A DNA stretch of 32,000 nt from positions 1,140,001 to 1,172,000 of the forward strand of contig NC_022349.1 of assembly GCF_000354175.2 (NCBI RefSeq). Reading direction: 5' to 3'. Shown here piece after piece: positions 9,216-17,014 of this stretch. The notes beneath the pieces were generated by a model. That model searched no databases. It saw only the letters and a program-made list of their open reading frames with translations, and was not told where the DNA came from. The stretch is from Vibrio alginolyticus NBRC 15630 = ATCC 17749 (GTDB lineage: Bacteria > Pseudomonadota > Gammaproteobacteria > Enterobacterales > Vibrionaceae). The position numbers were made by a program, and so were the translations under genes. Within the stretch, counting starts at the first letter, position 1; each line of letters opens with the position of its first letter.

Positions 9216-10280
9216 ATGACGGCTGACCAAAAATTCAAACACTGGATGCGAACTTTGATTGTCCTGTTCATCGTACTATTTTTGTACATTATCATTGCTG
9301 ACCGCCACGCCCCCTTAACGACCGAAGGACGAGTGCAAGGATACGTTGTCCAAGTCGCACCCGAGGTATCTGGTAAAGTGACCGACGTTCTCATCGAGAA
9401 TAACCAGTCCGTTCAAAAAGGCGATGTGTTGTTTACGATTGATGATCGTAAATACAAGATAGCACTTGAACAGGCGGAGCTGTCTCTGCAATCCGCTTAT
9501 GAAAAAGAAGCAACACTGTATTCTCAACGCGAAGCCGCTCTTGCCAATATTGCCCGCGCACGAGCGACATTTGATAATGCACACCGCGAGTACAACCGCT
9601 TACTGACACTATCGAAGCAGAAAGTCATCTCTCAATCGACACTCGATAATGCCTTTGCCCAAAATCAGGTATCACGTGCAGCGCTTAAAGCGGAACGACA
9701 AAACTTAAAAGTCATTGAGGCGCAATTAGGCGATCAAAAAGGTCAAAGCACCGCCGTTCGAATTGCCAAAAATGGCATCGAAAAGGCGCAACTTGATTTG
9801 GCAAATACCGCGGTACTCGCTCCCAGTGATGGTGTCGTGACCAACCTGCAACTAGAAGTTGGCACGATGGCAAACACCAACATGCCATTGCTGACATTTG
9901 TACCAACAGGATCACTCTGGGTAGCCGCTGATTTTCGTGAAAAATCCGTCGCGAACATAGACAAGACTTTCCACGCCTTGGTCACATTTGATGCCAACCC
10001 AGGTTCGGTGTACGACTTTGATTTAGCTAGCCGCGATTACGGTGTAGCAGCCGCACAACAAACGCCTAATGGCGCACTAACCAAAGTGGAAGTGAACAAC
10101 CGCTGGGTACGTGATGCGCAGCGTACACGAGTGAACCTAACCAGCAGCGAAGAGTTACCACCAGCACTGTTTGTCGGCTCTCGCGCTACCATTGTTTTGT
10201 ACCCAGACAACAGCATTTTCTGGCAGTTGATGGCGCAAGCACAGATTCACCTCGCAAGCTGGTTCCACTTCATTTACTAG
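9216..10280 (+). CDS. HlyD-family membrane fusion protein (AaeA-like)
   Basis: The tracked ORF starts at 9165; ATG 9216 (MTADQKFKHWMRTLIVLF...) gives the usual short cytoplasmic tail plus a single TM. Lipoyl-like motif VSGKVTDVLIENNQSVQKGDVLFTID and a coiled-coil region. Confidence 0.8.
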   Translation: MTADQKFKHWMRTLIVLFIVLFLYIIIADRHAPLTTEGRVQGYVVQVAPEVSGKVTDVLIENNQSVQKGDVLFTIDDRKYKIALEQAELSLQSAYEKEATLYSQREAALANIARARATFDNAHREYNRLLTLSKQKVISQSTLDNAFAQNQVSRAALKAERQNLKVIEAQLGDQKGQSTAVRIAKNGIEKAQLDLANTAVLAPSDGVVTNLQLEVGTMANTNMPLLTFVPTGSLWVAADFREKSVANIDKTFHALVTFDANPGSVYDFDLASRDYGVAAAQQTPNGALTKVEVNNRWVRDAQRTRVNLTSSEELPPALFVGSRATIVLYPDNSIFWQLMAQAQIHLASWFHFIY

Positions 10281-10289
10281 GCGGCGACA

Positions 10290-11309
10290 ATGAAAACCTT
10301 ACGAATTTGGTTCGGCTGCTCTTTAGGGCTCGCGCTAAGCATGATCTTCGGTTGGTCTTACGGATTTTTTGCCATCATGATGCCGCTGTTTATATTGGGC
10401 AGAATGGACAACTTTAATCTTTCGGCTTTATTGATCGTGTTTTTCTCTGCGGTGTGGACAACCATACAAGCCACATTTTTGCTGGAATACTTGCAGTTTC
10501 ATCCAACATTAATGACCGTAGCCGTCGGAATCATGATGCTGTTCAAGTGCATTGCAATGATGAACCAGAAAACCTATTTGTTTGGTTACATGGGGCTGTT
10601 GGTGGGTTCAATTGTGTTGAATTTTGCCAGCTATAACTTCATGGATATTGAAGAGTTCAACGTCAACATGTGGGTGATGGCGTTCAGCAATATTTTTGTT
10701 TGCACATTCGCGTATTGGTTGTTCCCGGAGCCAAAGTCCCCCACCGAGCACATTGAGATGTCGACCCCAGTGAAAAGCGATATTGACTACATCAGCCAAG
10801 TTGCCATGGGTTGGGTAGTGGCGATGGCGGCGTTTATCGTATTCCAAGTAGCGGACTTATATGACTCGTTATCCGCACAAGCTTCCATTTTGATCATCCT
10901 AACCCCAATGACTTTAGCAGGCTCGCTCGCCATGGCAAAAATTCGCATCATCGGCACCGCACTAGGCTGCATCGCAGGGATGGCTGTTCAGCTGATATTG
11001 GGCAGTTGGTATGGGCATGCGCTACTCTTTTGGCTCGCCTTTACCATTGCAATGGGGCCATTCTGCTTGTGGCTCACAAAGGGGCAAATTAAAGCGGCTA
11101 TCGCGTTTTCTGCCATGTCTGCCCTATCGGTTCCGCTGACGACTTCATTGGTGCCAGAACAAAAAGACGCGTTCTTTTCGATCTTGTACCGTTTCAGCTC
11201 GATTTTCGTTGCTGTTCTGCTCACCGCGATGGTGATGTGGGTGGTGCATCACTGGATTCGTGTGATATTGCTAAAGCATCCTGAGATGAAGAACGTGGAG
11301 TTGAATTAA
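10290..11309 (+). CDS. FUSC-like / DUF2955-type inner-membrane protein, efflux partner of the HlyD protein
   Basis: 339-aa polytopic membrane ORF 10 nt downstream of the HlyD gene. The family call rests on architecture and recollection that such half-size FUSC-like proteins pair with HlyD genes. Confidence 0.55.
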   Translation: MKTLRIWFGCSLGLALSMIFGWSYGFFAIMMPLFILGRMDNFNLSALLIVFFSAVWTTIQATFLLEYLQFHPTLMTVAVGIMMLFKCIAMMNQKTYLFGYMGLLVGSIVLNFASYNFMDIEEFNVNMWVMAFSNIFVCTFAYWLFPEPKSPTEHIEMSTPVKSDIDYISQVAMGWVVAMAAFIVFQVADLYDSLSAQASILIILTPMTLAGSLAMAKIRIIGTALGCIAGMAVQLILGSWYGHALLFWLAFTIAMGPFCLWLTKGQIKAAIAFSAMSALSVPLTTSLVPEQKDAFFSILYRFSSIFVAVLLTAMVMWVVHHWIRVILLKHPEMKNVELN

Positions 11310-11342
11310 ATCTGGCCGAGGCTGGAAACGGGAAATGTATGT

Positions 11343-11375
11343 CGCTCACTTTACTGTGAGCGGCATTTTTATTTA
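11343..11375 (+). terminator. rho-independent terminator after the DUF2955-type gene
   Basis: CGCTCAC-tttact-GTGAGCG hairpin followed by gcatttttattt. Confidence 0.6.
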
Positions 11376-11380
11376 AAACG

Positions 11381-12850
11381 GTCACCCTGAACATTGAGGA
11401 ACGAGCGTGGTTCAGGATCTACTCACCGAGTGCTGTAAAGTTCTAAGGTTATCGCCATTTTCCAGTGAGTTGTTAGTAGATTCCTAGTCTCGTCTAGACT
11501 CGCTGGAATGACCAAAATTTGAATACAAGCCAAATAGTTGGGTATGTGAGTAACGTATCTCTTAACATCCGTCATCCTGAACAGCGAGGGACGAGCGTGG
11601 TTCAGGATCTACTCACCGACTGCTTTGAAGTGCGAAAGTTATCGTCATTTCCTAGCGAGCAGTAACCCGATTCCTAGTCTCACTTAAACTCGCTGGAATG
11701 ACGTTATCTTGAAACTGCTCTAATAACTAGGGTTGTGGCGAGCAATATATCTTCCAACATCCGTCATCCTGAACAGCGAGGGACGAAGTGATTCAGAATC
11801 TACTAATCACGTGCTTTGAAGTGCGAAAGTTCTCGTCATTTACCAGCGAGCTGTTATCAGATTCCTAGTCTCGTTTAAACTCGCTGGAATGACGCTATCT
11901 TGAAACTGCTCTAATAACTAGGGTTGTGGCGAGCAATATATCTTCCAACATCCGTCATCCTGAACAGCGAGGGACGAGCGTGATTCAGGAGCTACCCACC
12001 GGGTGCTTTGAGGTTCGTAGACTATCGCTATTTCCCAGCGAGTTGTAATCAGATTCCTAGTCTCGTCTAGACTCGCTGCAATGACGCTATCTTGAAACTG
12101 CTCTAATACCTAGGGTTGTGGCGAGCAATGCATTTTCCAACATCCGTCATCCTGAACAGCGAGGGACGAGCGTGGTTCAGGATCTACCCACCGACTGCTT
12201 TGAAGTGCGAAAGTTATCGTCATTTCCTAGCGAGCAGTAACCCGATTCCTAGTCTCACTTAAACTCGCTGGAATGACGTTATCTTGAAACTGCTCTAATA
12301 ACTAGGGTTGTGGCAAGCAATATACTTCCAACATCCGTCATCCTGAACAACGAGGGACGAGGTGATTCAGGAGCTACCCACCGAGTGCTTTGAAGTGCGA
12401 AAGTTATCGTCATTTCCTAGCGAGCTGTAATCAGATTCCTAGTCTCGTCTAGACTCGCTGGAATGACCCTATCTTGGAGCTGCTCAAATATCGGTTTTGT
12501 GGCGAGCGATGTATCTTCCAACATCCATCATCCTGAACAGCGAGGGACGAACGTGATTCAGGATCTACCCACCGAGTGCTTTGAAGTGCGAAAGTTATCG
12601 TCATTTCCTAGCGAGCAGTAATCAGATTCCTAGTCTCGTCTAGACTCGCTGGAATGACCCTCTCTTGGAGCAGATCCAATACCTAGGGTTGTGGCGAGCA
12701 ATGTATCTTCCAACATCCGTCATCCTGAACAGCGAGGGACGAGCGTGATTCAGGATCTACCCACCGAGTGCTTTGAAGTGCGGAAGTTATCGCTATTTCC
12801 TAGCGAGCAGTAAACCGACTCCTAGTCTCATTTAAACTCGCTAGAATGAC
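11381..12850. repeat. tandem array of eight ~190-bp hairpin-rich repeat units, unassigned family
   Basis: Unit starts at 11381, 11571, 11763, 11954, 12146, 12337, 12527 and 12719 (period 190-192 bp). Each unit has ATCCTGAAC-N17-GTTCAGGAT and CGTCATTTCCTAGCGAG-~29 nt-CTCGCTGGAATGACG hairpins plus a conserved ~58-bp linker. No ORF of 60 aa or more in any frame across 11310..12889. Confidence 0.95.
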
Positions 12851-12889
12851 CCTAATTTTAGTTCATGGTGCGGAGCCTAAGTATTAACA

Positions 12890-13924
12890 TCAACCCACCA
12901 ACTCTTTACGAATGATCTCCGCACCCGCACTTAACGCATTGAGCTTAGCGGTCGATACTTCAAGAGACAAAGGCGCCATACCACAGTTGGTACATGGGTA
13001 AAGCTTGTCGGCATCAACGTATTTCAATGCCTCTCGCAGTGTATTCGCCACTTCTTCTGGCGTTTCAATTTCGTTGGTTGCAACGTCAATCGCACCAACC
13101 ATCACTTTCTTACCGCGAATCAACTCAAGTAACTCAATAGGCACTCGTGAGTTATGACATTCGAGCGAGATAATATCGATATTCGACTGCTGCAATTTAG
13201 GGAATACTTCTTCGTATTGTCGCCATTCAGTGCCTAGCGTTTGCTTCCAATCCGTGTTCGCTTTGATGCCGTAGCCATAGCAGATATGCACCGCCGTTTC
13301 ACATTTCAGCCCTTCAATCGCACGCTCTAAACATGCAATGCCCCACTCGTTCACATCATCGAAAAACACATTGAACGCAGGCTCATCAAACTGAATGATG
13401 TCGACACCTGCAGCTTCAAGCTCTTTCGCTTCTTGATTGAGGATCTTTGCAAATTCCCAAGCCAGCTTTTCACGGCTACCGTAATGATCATCATAAAGCG
13501 TGTCGATCATCGTCATAGGGCCTGGCAGCGCCCACTTGATAGGTTGCTTAGTTTGCTGACGCAAGAACTTGGCATCTTCAACAAACACGGGCTTTGTGCG
13601 GCTCACTGGGCCAACCACAGTCGGAACACTTGCTTCATAACGGTTGCGAATGGTCACCGTTTTACGGTTTTCAAAATCTACACCGCTTAAATGCTCAATA
13701 AAGGTCGTCACAAAATGTTGGCGAGTTTGCTCGCCATCACTGACGATATCAACGCCTGCCAGTTCTTGTTCTTGCAAAGCGACACGTAACGCATCGCGTT
13801 TGCCATCAATCAGTTCTTCACCTTGCAGTTTCCACGGTGACCAAAGTTTTTCTGGTTCCGCTAGCCAAGAAGGTTTCGGCAAGCTGCCAGCCGTTGAAGT
13901 CGGTAATAGTGTTTTCATCGTCAT
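12890..13924 (-). CDS. mesD: short (core) MetE-family, cobalamin- and probably folate-independent methionine synthase (MesD-like)
   Basis: 344 aa, equivalent to the catalytic C-terminal half of MetE only. Zinc-ligand contexts are visible (AVHICYGYG, SLECHNS, YPCTNCGMAP). It sits directly downstream of a DUF1852 gene. The SD (AAAGGA) position favours the second ATG (13918) as the true start. Confidence 0.8.
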   Translation of the reverse strand: MTMKTLLPTSTAGSLPKPSWLAEPEKLWSPWKLQGEELIDGKRDALRVALQEQELAGVDIVSDGEQTRQHFVTTFIEHLSGVDFENRKTVTIRNRYEASVPTVVGPVSRTKPVFVEDAKFLRQQTKQPIKWALPGPMTMIDTLYDDHYGSREKLAWEFAKILNQEAKELEAAGVDIIQFDEPAFNVFFDDVNEWGIACLERAIEGLKCETAVHICYGYGIKANTDWKQTLGTEWRQYEEVFPKLQQSNIDIISLECHNSRVPIELLELIRGKKVMVGAIDVATNEIETPEEVANTLREALKYVDADKLYPCTNCGMAPLSLEVSTAKLNALSAGAEIIRKELVG

Positions 13925-13948
13925 TCCTTTCTAGATTCTCGTTATCTT

Positions 13949-14923
13949 TTACGCGTAATTTGCAGACCATTGTTCAAGCACAGATTGATAAGGTTTGATG
14001 AAATGCTCCTCGGCAAATTTCCCTTGTTCAACTGCCAGTTGGCTGCGCTCTTCTCGGTCGTAAACGATTTGAGTTAGCGAGTGGTCTAGGTTTTTTAGGT
14101 TTGGCTGGTAGCAATTACCGGCAACCGCATTGGCATTATAAATTTCTGGTCGGTAAATCTTCTGGAATGTCTCCATCGTACTTATCGTGCTGATAAGCTC
14201 TAGGTTTGAATAGTCGTTCAACAAGTCACCGAAGAAGTAGAATGCCAACGGTGCAACACTGTTGGGTGGCATAAAGTAGCGCACCTGTAAGCCCATCTTT
14301 TTAAAGTACTGCTCAGTCAACGAAGATTCGTTCGGCTGATATTCAAAGCCCAAAACAGGATGTTGGTTTTCGGTGCGTCGGTATACCTTGTTGTCCGATA
14401 CACTCAGACAAATCACCGGCAGCTTTTTGAAATGCTGTTTGTAAGACTCAGAATTAACGAAAGCTTTGAACAGTTTGCCATGCAAATCACCGAAGTTCGC
14501 TGGGATGCTGAACTGTGGCTGGTTTTTGTTGTGGTCCAACAGCAAAACGCTAAAGTCGTAATCACGCACGTATGAAGAGAAGTTGTTGCCCACTATGCCT
14601 TCAATGCGCTCGTTAGTGTTGTGGTCAACAATGTTGGTTTTGAGCACTTCAATCGATGGGAATGCTTCTCCACTACCTTGGATATCCATATCAACAGAGA
14701 TGATTTCAAGTTCAACTGAGTAGCGGTCACCTTGCGCGTTATCCCAATATGCCAACGCATTAAAACGATTGTCGATCATTCGGAGTGCATTGCGCAGATT
14801 CTCTCGGCGGTAGTTTCCGCGAGCCAGATTAGCAAAATTGGTAGTGATTCGCGTGTTGTCTGATGGTTGGTAATTCTCATCAAAGCGAATGCTTTTGATA
14901 GCAAATGTGAAATCGTTATTCAT
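13949..14923 (-). CDS. mesX: DUF1852-family protein (MesX-like, putative oxygenase partner of MesD)
   Basis: 324-aa soluble ORF 24 nt upstream of the short MetE-like gene. The assignment rests on this conserved pairing and my recollection of DUF1852 size and composition. It was not verified by alignment. Confidence 0.6.
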   Translation of the reverse strand: MNNDFTFAIKSIRFDENYQPSDNTRITTNFANLARGNYRRENLRNALRMIDNRFNALAYWDNAQGDRYSVELEIISVDMDIQGSGEAFPSIEVLKTNIVDHNTNERIEGIVGNNFSSYVRDYDFSVLLLDHNKNQPQFSIPANFGDLHGKLFKAFVNSESYKQHFKKLPVICLSVSDNKVYRRTENQHPVLGFEYQPNESSLTEQYFKKMGLQVRYFMPPNSVAPLAFYFFGDLLNDYSNLELISTISTMETFQKIYRPEIYNANAVAGNCYQPNLKNLDHSLTQIVYDREERSQLAVEQGKFAEEHFIKPYQSVLEQWSANYA

Positions 14924-15142
14924 CGTGAGTTGGTATCCTATTTCCTTAGATAAAGCAGACTTTTCCTAACTCTGTGCATGGGGACATTTTTTGTTTTTGG
15001 TTTTCCCAATCGTTAGGTTGCACAGCGCTTACGACGAACGGTTAGTGCAAAAATGACCGTCGCAGTGCCTAACACCAGAGCAGTCCTTTTTTTATACTTG
15101 CTTCACGAGTTAAGTAATATTGGTATTGTTTCACATTGAACA

Positions 15143-15155
15143 TGAAGGAAATTCA
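15143..15155. promoter_or_regulatory. MetR-type box upstream of the mesX-mesD operon
   Basis: TGAAGGAAATTCA fits the MetR consensus TGAA-N2-(A/T)-N2-TTCA exactly. It lies ~220 bp upstream of the mesX start codon. Confidence 0.4.
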
Positions 15156-16021
15156 TAGTGGCAGTTCCAACCCTGAGAGAGCTATCGTAGATACTGTTTT
15201 TCATTGACACCAATACACGTAACTTGGCGAGCATATTGCCAATATGTGTAATTAAGAAACGGATAAGAGATTAGCAGTACGTAAACCAGTTTAAGCCGAG
15301 AAAACGCATTGTATGAACAAGGCACCAACTGGAATATAGGACGACGTAACTTAAATAGCACTTTTCACACTCCATCGTTTATTCAAGCATTCGTTTAATT
15401 AGAAGTACGTTACATTTTATATTCTCGAAACATGATTATTTAATTATCTTATTTATTTCTTTTTCTATCTTTACCATCTTAAACGTAAAGTTTAATCCCC
15501 TGCTGTAAAAGCACATATAACTTCATACACGAACATGACAACTTCATTGACGGACTTTATCACTAAACTATTACATTAAGCTCTAAAAAAACAACAACAA
15601 AAAAACATAAGCCGCTGTTTTAATTTGAATTAAAACCATAAACCCGAGATAACCACATAACGATACTTTACTTAGTTTGGTATAACAAAAACCCTAAAAA
15701 TAACATGGCTAACATTTATAAAATTCACTTTTATCAATAAAAAATCTAAATATAACATTAGAAAATTAAAATTAAGCAATAACTTAAAAAGACAAGACTT
15801 AATAACCAAATTCTTATTTATTATAGTTGAGAGGTGAATTTAAAAACTATGAGACATTAATCCCACGAATCTATCCTTTTTCTTTTTTTAATAAAACACA
15901 AGATGCACTATTTCACCGCTCATTTATTGAGCTTGAATTTATAACCTGTCCATAATTATAAAGTGCCCATCAAGATAGTTTAAAACAAAAGTCTTTATGG
16001 GCTGACTAATAGGAAACAATA

Positions 16022-16939
16022 ATGGAAAAACAGCATCTTTCCGCGAGTATTATCGCACTCGCTTTACTTGGTTCTTTAGCACCAGCACATGCTGAAGATA
16101 CATTAAAATCTTACACTTCGACGTTGCTTCAGCTTGATGATGGTGATGCACGCTCGAAAAAAATCCGCTTAATTTATTCTTTAGAAAATGTCTGGAACCA
16201 ATCTTTACTACCAAATGGCGCTAAAGAAGCTAAGTTGATCCTAAATGGCGGCTCTGGCTTCGACATGACTAATGTTCCAAACAAAGAACAAATCTATGGT
16301 TTTGCCACTGGGGGAGATTACCGTTACACCGTTCCAACGGCTTTTAAGCTGGCACTGAGCTATTTAAATGGCGCCCCTTTACGCCACATGAGCCATGCTC
16401 CAGAAAACACCATTGCAACGGCATCTGTCAGTGAGTCGCTAGATTTTAACCTTGGATTCAGTGCTTCTACTTCTCCAAATATTAGTGGGGGAATCTCCTG
16501 GAGCAACCGTGTAACGTACGACCAGCCAGAGTTTCAAACGGTTGCCGATTTTAACCAAGCTAACGAAAGCATTAATTGGTTAATTGAAAACAAGACTATC
16601 CGCCATAATACGCCAGCTAAAGACTGGTTATTGTATCGTTGGACCAGTTGTGACATGGGTAATTTGATTGATTACAATGAGTTACCTGTCGTTATGCGTT
16701 CAGATTTTAAACCACAAGTCGGCGTCGTATATAGAAAAAATGACATTCAAGATGGCCTAGATACATCAGAGGTCAAGCTGGTTGCTGGTTGGCGAAAAAC
16801 CAATTACTACTTTGGTCGCGACTGGTGTAGCTGGTATACCACACCAGAAAATACCTGGAAGAAAAATCGTGATAGCAGTCAATGGACAGAGACTAGCCGA
16901 GCCGTAACTATCTCTTGGAATGACGATCTCTACCACTAA
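16022..16939 (+). CDS. leukocidin / alpha-hemolysin-family beta-barrel pore-forming toxin, stand-alone form
   Basis: 305 aa with a Sec signal peptide (ALLGSLAPAHA|EDT). Segments align by eye to S. aureus Hla: SWSNRVTYDQPEFQT vs SIGHTLKYVQPDFKT, SDFKPQVGVVYRK vs SPDFATVITMDRK, and WTETSRAVTISWNDDLY vs WTDRSSERYKIDWEKEEM. There is a Gly/Ser-rich alternating stem segment, SESLDFNLGFSASTSPNISGGISW. Confidence 0.85.
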   Translation: MEKQHLSASIIALALLGSLAPAHAEDTLKSYTSTLLQLDDGDARSKKIRLIYSLENVWNQSLLPNGAKEAKLILNGGSGFDMTNVPNKEQIYGFATGGDYRYTVPTAFKLALSYLNGAPLRHMSHAPENTIATASVSESLDFNLGFSASTSPNISGGISWSNRVTYDQPEFQTVADFNQANESINWLIENKTIRHNTPAKDWLLYRWTSCDMGNLIDYNELPVVMRSDFKPQVGVVYRKNDIQDGLDTSEVKLVAGWRKTNYYFGRDWCSWYTTPENTWKKNRDSSQWTETSRAVTISWNDDLYH

Positions 16940-17014
16940 CTTATTAGCCTGCGGCCACGGAATAAATAAGTGGCCGCCGTATTTACTAATGAAATAAACG
17001 GTAAGACATGACAC

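Noticed and set aside
11733-11750. Sigma-54 promoter (TGGC...GC) in the repeat linker, by analogy with Qrr sRNAs
   Set aside because: In TTGTGGCGAGCAATAT, or CAATGCA in unit 4, the GG-to-GC spacing is about 2 nt too short. The TTGC element is absent in most copies.
11381-12850. CRISPR array
   Set aside because: The period is ~190 bp and the entire unit, including the linker, is conserved between copies. There are no short repeats alternating with unique spacers, and no cas genes are nearby.
11381-12850. Integron cassette array / VCR-type attC sites
   Set aside because: There are no cassette ORFs between repeats and no recognisable GTTRRRY core sites at the unit borders. The sequence does not resemble the V. 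cholerae repeat consensus as I recall it, and there is no intI nearby.
15152-15180. Cobalamin riboswitch upstream of the MetE-like operon
   Set aside because: The minus strand reads cagggttggaactGCCACTatg, which recalls part of the B12-box region. I could not find the other conserved cores (GGTGnnAAnTCC, AGYCMGGAGACCKGCC-type box).
14924-15300. MetJ operator (tandem AGACGTCT boxes)
   Set aside because: Only weak single partial matches occur (for example cagacttt) and there are no tandem 8-bp boxes.
15217-15352. Direct repeat ACGTAACTT (15217 and 15344) as a regulator site
   Set aside because: One exact 9-mer recurrence in ~1 kb is about what chance predicts. The related motifs nearby are not true copies or inverted copies.
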